Origin: an uncultured Actinomycetota bacterium
Lineage (GTDB): Bacteria; Actinomycetota; Actinomycetes; Propionibacteriales; Propionibacteriaceae
Direction: 5' to 3'
Assembly: GCA_963759635.1 (NCBI GenBank)
Contig: CAVXAP010000030.1
Location: forward strand, 142,149-206,148
Length of the DNA stretch: 64,000 bases
Shown here: one piece after another, positions 27,151 through 35,939 of the stretch
How positions within the stretch are numbered: the first letter of the stretch is position 1
How the letters are laid out: each line of letters opens with the position of its first letter
Position numbers and translations under genes: made by a program
The notes under the pieces: generated by a model
What the model saw: only the letters and a program-made list of their open reading frames with translations
Told to the model about the DNA's origin: nothing
Database searches by the model: none

Positions 27151-28749
27151 ATGAGCGCGACGCCCATCAGACCCGCTGAAGGCGAGCGCCCAACGCACAA
27201 GCACGGTCGGATCGATGACATCCACCTGAATGCGACGATCGCTCAGGTCCTCGACAGCTGGCCGTGCGCCGGTCTGGCCGTCGCGGTGATCGCTGATGGA
27301 AGTCTCTCGTGGTTCCACGGTCATGGCCTCGCCGATATCGCGGCGAAGAAGCCGATCACCGAGGACACCGTCTTTCGCATCGCATCGCTGACCAAGACCT
27401 TCACCGGAGTCGCTGTCATGCAGCTGTGGGAGCAAGGGCTGGTTGACCTGGACGCGCCGGCAAACGACTACCTCCGCAGCTTCCGGCTGGTCCCAGCGAA
27501 GCCGAACCTGTCGCCCGCCACCGTCCGGCACCTCCTCGCGCACACCGCAGGCGTCGGTTATTGGCGGCGGCTCTCGGATCTGCTCCAGCCGGGCGTCGGT
27601 TCAGGCGACCGGGCGCGCCGAACAGGAGCGCCACCAGTTGCGGAATACTACCGCCGGGGACTGCCCGTTGAGGTCGAGCCGGGGACGAAATGGGTCTACA
27701 GCAACCACGGTTTTGCCGCGCTCGGGCAGATCGTCGAGGACGTGAGCGGCCAGCCGCTGGATCGCTACTTACGCGACCGCATTTTCGACCCCTTGGACAT
27801 GGAGCACACCGAACTCATCCGATCCGAACGGGTCAAGCCAAACCTGGCCACCGGGTATGTACTGCGCCGCCGCGGCCTGAAGCCGGTCGCCGACCGCGAA
27901 GTCCCAACCCCCGGTGGAGGCGGAATGTATTCCACCACGGCAGACATCGCTCGCTACATCGCCGCCCTTCTCAGGATGGCTGCCAACGAGCATGGCTCGG
28001 TGCTGCGACCCGAGACCGTGGCGACCATGTTCCGACCGCATTTCCAGCCGGATCCACGCGTGCCCGGCATGGGTCTGGCGTTCGAACTCGGCGAGGAAGC
28101 AGGCCATAAGACTGTTGGCAAGACCGGCATCCTGTCCGGCTTCCATTCGGCGATGGCCCTGGCTCCCGGAGAAGGAATCGGGGTCATCGTCTTCAGCAAC
28201 ACCGGCGGCCTCGACGGTCGCGGCGCGCCTATACCGCTCGCAACTATGCTCCTTCGTCTCCTGCTCGGCCTTTCCGTTGACCCAATCCGCATCGACATCG
28301 CGCCGCGCCCAGAAACGTGGAGTGAAATCTGCGGGTGGTACGGCTTGGCTCCCGGTCCGGTTACCAACCTGTCTTTGAGGGCGCTGATGGGGGCCGGAGC
28401 AGAGGTCGTGGTTCAGGGTGGCCGCCTGATGCTGAAGCCGCTCACCCCAATTCCAGCGATGCGGCGCGGTTTCCGCCTGTACCCTGACGATCCCGAGGAC
28501 CCTTGGGTGTTTCGCATCTACTTCCCGGAGTTCGGGATGGAGTTCCGTGTGGTGTTCGATGGCGGACCTGACGAAGGGGCGGCCACGCGTCTGTTAATGG
28601 ACGTGATGTCCTTCGAGCGGCGGCCTGACTTCCGCAACCCACGACCGTGGGCGACCGGAGTGTTGGCCGCCGGCGTCACGGCGCTGGGCGTCCGCAGCGT
28701 GCTGCACCATCGCAGGCCCGACGAACGGCCACGGCGGCCCGCACGCTAG
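27151..28749 (+). CDS. Serine hydrolase, beta-lactamase fold, tandem paralog B
   Basis: FRIASLTKTF (SxxK), YSNHGF. Collinear with paralog A along the whole length. AAAGGAG RBS. Confidence 0.88.
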   Translation: MSATPIRPAEGERPTHKHGRIDDIHLNATIAQVLDSWPCAGLAVAVIADGSLSWFHGHGLADIAAKKPITEDTVFRIASLTKTFTGVAVMQLWEQGLVDLDAPANDYLRSFRLVPAKPNLSPATVRHLLAHTAGVGYWRRLSDLLQPGVGSGDRARRTGAPPVAEYYRRGLPVEVEPGTKWVYSNHGFAALGQIVEDVSGQPLDRYLRDRIFDPLDMEHTELIRSERVKPNLATGYVLRRRGLKPVADREVPTPGGGGMYSTTADIARYIAALLRMAANEHGSVLRPETVATMFRPHFQPDPRVPGMGLAFELGEEAGHKTVGKTGILSGFHSAMALAPGEGIGVIVFSNTGGLDGRGAPIPLATMLLRLLLGLSVDPIRIDIAPRPETWSEICGWYGLAPGPVTNLSLRALMGAGAEVVVQGGRLMLKPLTPIPAMRRGFRLYPDDPEDPWVFRIYFPEFGMEFRVVFDGGPDEGAATRLLMDVMSFERRPDFRNPRPWATGVLAAGVTALGVRSVLHHRRPDERPRRPAR

Positions 28750-28763
28750 CGACCAAAGGATCG

Positions 28764-30269
28764 CTACTGCCCCCGATGATCAAGTGGGCGAGCACCTGAT
28801 GGTCCTGCCAAGGGTCGAGTGCGTCGGCCACGGACGTTAGCGGTTGATTCAATCAATGCGCTTAGGTCGTCGCGCATACTCGCGGCGAAGACGTCGACGT
28901 CGGGGTAGGCCTCCGCATCGCCGACCACCATGACGTTGAATTGCCCCGCGTAGGAAAGCGCGCCAACTCCAAGCGACTCTGTCCCGAGGAGGTTCAAAAG
29001 CGGGAACACCTCGAACAGCTTCGCGCCGGCGAAGTAGAGCGGGGCATGAGGACCGGGCAGATCAGCGCTAACGATGTTCACCCGCTGCCGGACGATGAGC
29101 TTGAGCATTACCCCTCGGACCAACCTGCTGCGGAACATCGCCCCCAGCGACGGACGGCTGATCGCCTTCCGTTTCGCTGTCTCGCTCGCGATCTGCCGCA
29201 GCCTCCGGCCAGGATCGGCGATCCCAAGTGGGAGGGGGACAACCATCTGGCTGATCAGATTCCCTCCTTCCTGACTCGACCGGCCGCGGCGAAGTGAAAC
29301 GGGCACGTAGATCGGCAGGGTGACCCCGTCGATCCGTTCGCCGCGGCTGCGCAGCAGCCCTCGCAGGCCCCCAGCAATCACGGTCAACAGCACATCATTC
29401 ACCGTTGCGTCGAGCATGTGCGCGACCTCATTGACCAGCTCCAGGCTGCTACGCAGCAACGCGAGAGTGCGCTCCTGGCCAATCACCCGATTGAGGCTCG
29501 TTCGCGGTCCCGGTTCCTCGGCGAGAAGCTCGCGGAGCGCGGGCATCGCGGCTCGCGCACTTTGCAGGATCGCTGTGGGACGCGTAATCGCTCTCAGAGC
29601 ACGCCTCAGCTTCGCGATTTGGCGCTCGAGGTTGTCAAAGAGCAGAGCACGTGCCGATGGCCGCGGGGTGGGAACCCACGGCTGTGCTGGTGGCGTCGCC
29701 GAGTTCGGTGATGCGTCCAGCAACACACCGAGTTCCGCCACGCCGGCAATGCCGTCGGCGATCACGTGGTGCAATCGCACAAACCAGCCAATACGGTCAG
29801 CAGGCAGCCCCGTGAGGAACCACATCTCCCAGAGTGGCCGCGACTTGTCCAGAGGGCGCCGTCGCAGCCGCGCCACCGCCCGCAGCAGCTCCGCCTCGTC
29901 GGCTGGGGGCTGAAGTCGCTCGACGTGGATGTGGTCGCTCAGGTCGAACGCCGGTGCATCAACCCACAGCGGCCCACCGAGGCCTCGCCTGGGTATGTGA
30001 AGGATCTGACGGAACCGGCGGAGGAGGTGCAGCCGACCTTCGATCGCGTGCTTCGCGGCCTCGATCCGGAAGCTGCCGTCGGATTCGAGGAGGTTGTTGC
30101 CGTCAAGGATACCGAGCGCACCGATGTCCTGCGGCCATGCCTCGTCCGGCCACAGGATAAGCCGGTCTTCTGCGCTCAGCCGCTCCACCGACGACACCTG
30201 ACGAGCATGCCCGGGTCCTGCGGACCGGGCTAGGGGCTTTCGACCTGGCTTGCGATAGATGGGTCTCAC
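28764..30269 (-). CDS. WS/DGAT (Tgs-like) acyltransferase, paralog 2
   Basis: HHVIADGIAG (HHxxxDG), WVDAPAFDLSDHIHV. The start may be an internal GTG (about 30197). Confidence 0.85.
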   Translation of the reverse strand: MRPIYRKPGRKPLARSAGPGHARQVSSVERLSAEDRLILWPDEAWPQDIGALGILDGNNLLESDGSFRIEAAKHAIEGRLHLLRRFRQILHIPRRGLGGPLWVDAPAFDLSDHIHVERLQPPADEAELLRAVARLRRRPLDKSRPLWEMWFLTGLPADRIGWFVRLHHVIADGIAGVAELGVLLDASPNSATPPAQPWVPTPRPSARALLFDNLERQIAKLRRALRAITRPTAILQSARAAMPALRELLAEEPGPRTSLNRVIGQERTLALLRSSLELVNEVAHMLDATVNDVLLTVIAGGLRGLLRSRGERIDGVTLPIYVPVSLRRGRSSQEGGNLISQMVVPLPLGIADPGRRLRQIASETAKRKAISRPSLGAMFRSRLVRGVMLKLIVRQRVNIVSADLPGPHAPLYFAGAKLFEVFPLLNLLGTESLGVGALSYAGQFNVMVVGDAEAYPDVDVFAASMRDDLSALIESTANVRGRRTRPLAGPSGARPLDHRGQ

Positions 30270-30281
30270 GTCTCGGCTGAC

Positions 30282-31502
30282 TCACAGGATCTTGCCCAGC
30301 TTGGTACGCCCGGCCAGCAGCCACCCAAGCAAGAAAGACCCGGCGATCGCGAGCGCGCCGACGACTACGCCCTTGGCGAATCCCGGTAACGGAACTGACC
30401 GTGCCGCAATCTCCAGACCGATGAGCACGGGGACCTGGAAAATGAAGGCGGCGTACGCGCCGCGGGCACTTGCAACGAGGATCGGAGCGTCCGAGGTCAG
30501 CCGACGCTGCGCCCACGCCAGCAACCAGACGGAACCCGCCACGACCAAGGACGCCTCCACGGCATCCAGTGCGAGCGCCTGCCAGTGCCAGCCGCCCAGA
30601 AACTGGTCGCCATCGCGGGCGAAGTTCCTCACGCCAGCAGCAAAAACGACCACGGGCGCGACCACGAGGGTGACGGTGACTGCGATGCCGCAGTTGCGTG
30701 CGACCGCAGGCGGCACCTTCCTGGCCCAGCCCTGCATGCTCACTGCTGCTCCAAGGCAGAACATTCCGACGCACTGCGGCCACTGCCAGAGATGCAAATC
30801 CAAGATTTGCTGGCTCCGGGCCGGGAACTGTAGGCGTACGACGAAAGAGGCAAGAGCAATGGCCACGGCAGCCAGGAACAGATGACTGCCCTGCGTGGCC
30901 CCCATCCGGAACCGGAGTCCCCAGCCTCTCCAACGCCACAGCGCATAGCCCAGTGAGACGTACATCAACACCTGGGCGAACCACAGCGGCCCCGAGTCCA
31001 AGAAAGGCTGTCGACCAAGGAACGCCTGCCAATACGACTGACGCCGGCCCGCCGAACGATAGGCGAGCCACATCAAGAGCGGCCAGATCAGAAGCGTGAA
31101 CGAGAGCCAGGGCAGGCCAAGTCGGGTCATGCGGCTTCGGGCGAACTGCGCCGTTCCACGGTGAGCCATCTCCGCCGACGCGAAAAGACCGGCCAGGAAG
31201 AAGAACGTGCCGATGACGAAGAGCGCGGTGGGACCAAAGAAGATCGACAGCAGCAATTCGGAGCGCGGGGACATTGTGACCTCGTTGACCTCGTCGTACG
31301 GCCAGCCACCGATCGCGGTATAACCCAGCAGAGCATGACAGCCGATAATCCAGGCGACCAGCAACGACTTGAAGTTGTCCACCTGGATGACCCGGCGGCT
31401 GCCGCGTACGCGCGGGGAGGAATCGCTGGCCTTCGCTCTTCGGTCCCCGGCCCATCTCATCGAAGCGGCCGAAACGCTCCGCAGGTCCGGCTCTTCCGCC
31501 AT
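30282..31502 (-). CDS. Acyltransferase family 3 (membrane O-acyltransferase)
   Basis: 406 aa and about 10 TM helices. N-terminal VDNFKSLLVAWIIGCHAL is typical of the acyltransferase_3 family. It ends 12 nt before WS/DGAT 2. Confidence 0.8.
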   Translation of the reverse strand: MAEEPDLRSVSAASMRWAGDRRAKASDSSPRVRGSRRVIQVDNFKSLLVAWIIGCHALLGYTAIGGWPYDEVNEVTMSPRSELLLSIFFGPTALFVIGTFFFLAGLFASAEMAHRGTAQFARSRMTRLGLPWLSFTLLIWPLLMWLAYRSAGRRQSYWQAFLGRQPFLDSGPLWFAQVLMYVSLGYALWRWRGWGLRFRMGATQGSHLFLAAVAIALASFVVRLQFPARSQQILDLHLWQWPQCVGMFCLGAAVSMQGWARKVPPAVARNCGIAVTVTLVVAPVVVFAAGVRNFARDGDQFLGGWHWQALALDAVEASLVVAGSVWLLAWAQRRLTSDAPILVASARGAYAAFIFQVPVLIGLEIAARSVPLPGFAKGVVVGALAIAGSFLLGWLLAGRTKLGKIL

Positions 31503-31671
31503 CGCGCCGCCTTCTCGTCAGGTCATCTCAACCAGCCGAAGCCCACCCACCCCCGGCGGTCGGGCTCCCACTCCAACTCCTGACTTAAGTCTGCAGCCGA
31601 GGCGCGACTGATTGTAGGGGACGGTCACCCTCCCCTCCGGCTCTTGAGTCTGTGGGGTTTCCGCCGCTCGA

Positions 31672-31685
31672 GGGACAAAGGCCCC
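31672..31685. promoter_or_regulatory. DosR/DevR-like box GGGACAAAGGCCCC in the divergent region 31503-31842
   Basis: Differs from the 24012 box at 2 of 14 positions. It lies 170 nt from the acyltransferase start and 158 nt from the 31843 gene. A TGTGGGGTTTCC string 7 nt upstream resembles the site at 20527. Confidence 0.45.
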
Positions 31686-31842
31686 TATCCGGCCTGCGAC
31701 ACGTCTACCTAGCGTGGAACAGATCGAGCCACGGAGGTTGTGGACTTCGGACAGGCCCCGCCGCCCCGGTAGGCAACTCGATTGAATCGATCGCACCAGG
31801 GGATCGGTCAGTCGGGCCAACATTCTCGATAAGGAGACTGCC

Positions 31843-32424
31843 ATGTTGATCGACCAGGAACTGCCCAGCTGGGAGCGAAGGGTGTTGGTGTCGCTGCCCG
31901 TTGAAGCCGACTCACTCGCCACATTCGCGGCAATCCGGCGGGTGGACTTCCTCCGATCACCAATGATTGCTGTTCCAAACCGGCTTCGCACTTGGTTTGA
32001 TGCCGTGTTCAGATCGCGTGAGCATGGTTCGGCTGCACCGCCGGAGCATTTCGGTTTCGACCAGCTGCTCGAGGAGCAGGGCGGCTTTCATTTGCTGGCC
32101 GAGGAACCTGGTAAGGAACTAGTGCTGGGCTTCATCGGGCGCTGGTGGGACCGAGGTTATGGCCGGGTGGAATGGAGCAGAGATGAGTTTCGCGACTTCA
32201 GCCGTCCGGGCTATGGCGTCGGTGCCTGGGGGTTCACAGTCCTCGCCTACGGGACGAGCGCGGCCATGGTGGTTACCGATGTGCGAGTGCGGTGTACCGA
32301 CGAGGAAGCTCGACGCAGCTTCCGTCGCTACTGGACGGTTGTCGGGCCGTTCGTTACCGCGATGGGGCGCCCCGTCCTTCAACTGATACGCAAAGAGGCG
32401 GAGCGCGCGGCGAAACGTGGCTGA
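31843..32424 (+). CDS. Hypothetical protein (possibly SRPBCC-like fold)
   Basis: 193-aa ORF with an AAGGAG RBS (ataaggagactgccATG). I recognise no confident family. Confidence 0.6.
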   Translation: MLIDQELPSWERRVLVSLPVEADSLATFAAIRRVDFLRSPMIAVPNRLRTWFDAVFRSREHGSAAPPEHFGFDQLLEEQGGFHLLAEEPGKELVLGFIGRWWDRGYGRVEWSRDEFRDFSRPGYGVGAWGFTVLAYGTSAAMVVTDVRVRCTDEEARRSFRRYWTVVGPFVTAMGRPVLQLIRKEAERAAKRG

Positions 32425-32533
32425 AAAATCGGTTCGCGGACGTTCTATCCATGAGCAGTTCGACGAAAGAATGCGTCATGGTGCCCACGGCTGGCTGAGC
32501 GAGCAAGCAGGAGGCGATCGGTCCGTACCGATT

Positions 32534-32547
32534 GGGTCAGAGGTCCC
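32534..32547. promoter_or_regulatory. DosR/DevR-like box GGGTCAGAGGTCCC, upstream of the DUF6448-like gene
   Basis: Both half-sites fit the pattern, 123 nt upstream of ATG 32670. Confidence 0.5.
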
Positions 32548-32669
32548 TGGCGTCAGGGGTGCCCGCGGTCAACGCTGGACAAGAACCACTTGGTCTACCC
32601 GCGAGATGGCTTCGGGTGGACTTGCTCGAAGCCTGCCGCAGCTCGACCTACCGAGAGAGGAGAGAGGTC

Positions 32670-33200
32670 ATGCCACCACATTGCGACTCACTCGACGGCC
32701 CGGTCGTCAGCGCGGCGCGGGAGGCCCTGACAGCCGGCGATGTGGGGATCGTGTTGCCGTTCGTACCCGAACAGGATGAGGCGGAGGTCCGGGCGGCGTT
32801 TGCAGCTGTCCAGCCCGTACGCGCGATGGGCGAGCAGGCGCGAGCAGTCGCAGATCGGTATTTCTTCGAAACCGTCGTACGAGTTCATCGTGCCGGCGAG
32901 GGCGCCCCCTACACCGGTCTCAAACCTTCCGGCACTCCGGTGGGTCCGGTGATTCCCATGGCGGAAGAGGCTGTCGCGACAGGCTCGCCAGAGCTCTTGA
33001 CTGCCTATCTGGCCGGCGTTTTGCAAGATGAGCTCCGCACGAGACTTCAGGCGGTCGGCGCACTGGCTGCAGACAAGGGCGCATCAGTTGCGGACGGCCG
33101 TCGTTACGTGGAGGCGATGCTTGGATTTGAGGTGTACTGCCAGAGGGTCTTTCAAACGCTGCATTCGCACGACGGACACGGCGGGCGGGCAGCCCCGTGA
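32670..33200 (+). CDS. Conserved hypothetical protein, DUF6448-like
   Basis: GAGAGGAGAGAGG RBS. MPPHCDSLDGPVV...FFETVVRVHRAGEGAPYTGLKP matches my recollection of the DUF6448 family. Confidence 0.7.
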   Translation: MPPHCDSLDGPVVSAAREALTAGDVGIVLPFVPEQDEAEVRAAFAAVQPVRAMGEQARAVADRYFFETVVRVHRAGEGAPYTGLKPSGTPVGPVIPMAEEAVATGSPELLTAYLAGVLQDELRTRLQAVGALAADKGASVADGRRYVEAMLGFEVYCQRVFQTLHSHDGHGGRAAP

Positions 33201-33307
33201 CGGCTTGAGTTCAGGGTGTCTCGGCTGCCGGGTGCACGCTGCAGCGACGATAATGCGAAACCGGATTGAGGACCGCTCCGGCGGCGCGGAAACCGCCTAC
33301 GAGACAC

Positions 33308-33321
33308 GGGTCCAAGGACTC
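33308..33321. promoter_or_regulatory. DosR/DevR-like box GGGTCCAAGGACTC, upstream of DUF998 paralog 1
   Basis: 12 of 14 identical to the ppsA box, 77 nt upstream of ATG 33398. A homologous, more degenerate sequence lies at the same distance before the paralog at 56596. Confidence 0.45.
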
Positions 33322-33397
33322 TACGCCTTCCCTCCATTCCAGACGATGCTGAACGTAAGAGGTGGTCCTGGCGGCCGCCCCGCCTGGAAGGCGAACA

Positions 33398-34150
33398 ATG
33401 TCCACCCTCAGTCGACAGGCGGCGCCGATGCGCCGCGACGGCTCCGCGCCGAGCATGGCGCGTAAGGCGCTCCTGGCCTGCGGGATTGTTACGGCGCTCC
33501 TCTACGTTGTCGCTCATGACGCCTTGGCCGCCATGCTCTATCAGGGCTACAGCCCCTTCTCGCAAACCGTCAGCGAGCTGTCCTCGATCGGCGCTCCGAC
33601 GAGACCGGCGGTCACTGCAGTGGTCCTCATCCACGAAGCGCTTCTCATCGCGTTCGGCATCGGTGTCTGGCAATCAGCCAGAGGCAACCGCGCGCTACGC
33701 ATTATCGGTGGCCTGCTGATTGCATGCGGAGCCATGGGCCCGCTATGGCTGCCATTCCCGATCACCGCACGTGGTGAGATCGCAACGACGGGAGGCGTCA
33801 ACGACGTCATGCACGTGATCCTGGGTGCGGTGACCATACTGCTCGAGCTCTCGATCATCGGGCTCGGAGCGGCGGCATTCGGCAGACGGTTCCGGGTCTA
33901 CTCGATCTTGACATTAGCCACAGTCATCTTGTTCTGGGGTTGGTCATTCATGTACGCGCCGCGGCTGGCGGCCGGTGAGCCCACGCCCTGGCTCGGTGTG
34001 ATTGAGCGCATCGCCTTGGGAGCATGGCTGTTGTGGTTGGCGGTGCTGGCCATCGTCCTCATCCGTGGCGATCGAACGAGCATGTCGGGTGCTCCCACGA
34101 GTGGCGCATCTGTGGACACGACCGTAGGTAGCCAACCTTCCGCCCACTGA
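33398..34150 (+). CDS. DUF998-family integral membrane protein, paralog 1
   Basis: About 6 TM helices. YSPFSQTVSELSSIGAPTR and a C-terminal PWLGVIERIALGAWLLW. Collinear with the 56596-57273 product. Confidence 0.75.
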   Translation: MSTLSRQAAPMRRDGSAPSMARKALLACGIVTALLYVVAHDALAAMLYQGYSPFSQTVSELSSIGAPTRPAVTAVVLIHEALLIAFGIGVWQSARGNRALRIIGGLLIACGAMGPLWLPFPITARGEIATTGGVNDVMHVILGAVTILLELSIIGLGAAAFGRRFRVYSILTLATVILFWGWSFMYAPRLAAGEPTPWLGVIERIALGAWLLWLAVLAIVLIRGDRTSMSGAPTSGASVDTTVGSQPSAH

Positions 34151-34198
34151 GAGGCGATGCAGAGCTCACCCACGTTTCGTGATCTCGGCCCGAAAGAT

Positions 34199-34226
34199 GG
34201 GACTTCCGCTCAGGGACCTTCGCCTC
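34199..34226. promoter_or_regulatory. Two adjacent GGGAC half-site repeats (GGGACTTCCGCTCA, GGGACCTTCGCCTC), upstream of PaaK-like gene 2
   Basis: Directly abutting 14-mers that share GGGAC..TTC.GC.TC, 61-88 nt upstream of ATG 34287. The right halves are degenerate. Confidence 0.3.
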
Positions 34227-34286
34227 TCCCGTGGACCACGCGAATAGAGGAAGGATCGGTGGCACGGCACACATTGGGAGGTGAGG

Positions 34287-35717
34287 ATGGCCCCCTCTGG
34301 ATCGCGGGACCTCACCGCTGCGCGGGTGGCTTGGGATGCCTGGCGCGCGACCCGCAGCGACTCCACCGCTATCGTTGCCCGGCAGACGGCTCGGCTGGAG
34401 GTGCTAATACGACACGCGCGCCGGAATTCCCGGTTCTACGCCGAGCACTATCGGGCGGTTCCACCCGGTCCGATCGGTCTTGAAGAGTTCTACCAGTTGC
34501 CGCCGGTAACCAAACCGGAGCTGATGGCACGCTTCGACGACTGGGTTACCGACCCGAACGTGACTCAAGCTGGTGTCGAGCAGTTCGTTGCCGATCTGCA
34601 TAATCTCGGCCAGGACTTCCTCAACCAGTACGTGGTCTTCACTACCTCCGGATCGACCGGCGTACCGGCCCTGATCGTCCAGGATCGCCGTGCGGTCGCC
34701 GTAATGACCGGACTGAGTTACGTGCGCGCTCTCGGCGCCCTCACCCCTGGACTCCTGGCTCGGATGCTGACCCGGCAGCCTCGCCAGGCTGCAGTGTTCG
34801 CCAGCGGGGGTCACTTTCTGACTACAACGATGTTTCAGCGGCGTCTGCGAACCGCACCCTTCCGCCGGCGGATTGCTCGGTTCTATTCGGTGCTTGATCC
34901 GCTGCCGCGGCTGGTCGAGGAGCTCAATGCGTTCCAGCCTGCCTTTCTGGGGACGTACGCGAGTGTGCTGGCGGCACTGACCGCGGAGCAGGAGGCGGGT
35001 CGACTGCGCATCTCGCCACTCGTGATCACCAGCGGGGGCGAGCTGCTGTCACCGGCGGTGCAACGCCGGGCCGAGGAGGCATTCGGCTGCCTGGTGAACC
35101 AGTCCTATGCCGCCTCGGAGGCGATGCCCCTGGCGCTGCCGTGCCGATACGGCCGGTTGCATCTCAACAGCGATTGGTTCCTCGTCGAGCCAATCAACGC
35201 CCAGGGCGACCCCGTGCCGCCAGGCACGCGCTCGGATTCGCTCTTGGTAACGAACTTGGCGAACCATGTGCAGCCCGTGATCCGCTACCAGCTTGGCGAC
35301 AGTGTGGTGATCTCCGACCGTAGGTGTGCCTGCGGGTCACCACTGGCGACCATCTCGGTCGAGGGACGCACCGACGAGATCCTGCGGCTTCCAGGTACGG
35401 GGGGCAGCGAGGCGACCCTGCTGCCGATGGCGGTCGCCACAGTGGTGGAAGAGACCCGAGGCGTCCGCCGCTACCAGGTGTTGCAGACGGCGGGGGATGT
35501 CCTCACGGTCCGTCTCGATCATGACCCGGGGACCGACCGAGCCCAGGTCTGGGACCAGGTCCGCGCGGGGCTGGCCGATCTGCTGCGAGCTCACGGCGTC
35601 GTTGACGTCAAGTTGCGGTTGGCGGACGAACCCCCGCAGGTGAATCCGCGCAGCGGGAAGCTCAGGCATGTAGTGCGGTCGCTGCCCCCTGCAGGATTAG
35701 GTGCACCGCCCGCTTAG
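34287..35717 (+). CDS. PaaK / F390 synthetase-type adenylate-forming enzyme, paralog 2
   Basis: GGGAGG RBS. FTTSGSTGVPALI phosphate-binding motif, YAASEA, C-terminal NPRSGKLRHV. Collinear with paralog 1. Confidence 0.82.
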   Translation: MAPSGSRDLTAARVAWDAWRATRSDSTAIVARQTARLEVLIRHARRNSRFYAEHYRAVPPGPIGLEEFYQLPPVTKPELMARFDDWVTDPNVTQAGVEQFVADLHNLGQDFLNQYVVFTTSGSTGVPALIVQDRRAVAVMTGLSYVRALGALTPGLLARMLTRQPRQAAVFASGGHFLTTTMFQRRLRTAPFRRRIARFYSVLDPLPRLVEELNAFQPAFLGTYASVLAALTAEQEAGRLRISPLVITSGGELLSPAVQRRAEEAFGCLVNQSYAASEAMPLALPCRYGRLHLNSDWFLVEPINAQGDPVPPGTRSDSLLVTNLANHVQPVIRYQLGDSVVISDRRCACGSPLATISVEGRTDEILRLPGTGGSEATLLPMAVATVVEETRGVRRYQVLQTAGDVLTVRLDHDPGTDRAQVWDQVRAGLADLLRAHGVVDVKLRLADEPPQVNPRSGKLRHVVRSLPPAGLGAPPA

Positions 35718-35875
35718 TGGGCGAGGAACCGGGCATGCGGGCCGATCTGATCTTGAGCACCCGAACCGGGCGGGGCGCCCCGTGAGCTCGAGATGGCCGT
35801 TGTCGGCACCGGAATCTTGATGTTCTCTGCTGGCTGGCTCAGCCACCGAGTGTGGTGACCGAGGCCGGCTAGGTC

Positions 35876-35889
35876 GGGACTAACGACTC
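35876..35889. promoter_or_regulatory. DosR/DevR-like box GGGACTAACGACTC, upstream of the beta-lactamase-fold lipoprotein
   Basis: 12 of 14 identical to the Acg box, 51 nt upstream of ATG 35940. Confidence 0.45.
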
Positions 35890-35939
35890 TGCTGCCGTGG
35901 CCAGCGCAGAAGTTAGGTGGTGGTGCATGAGGCAGATGA

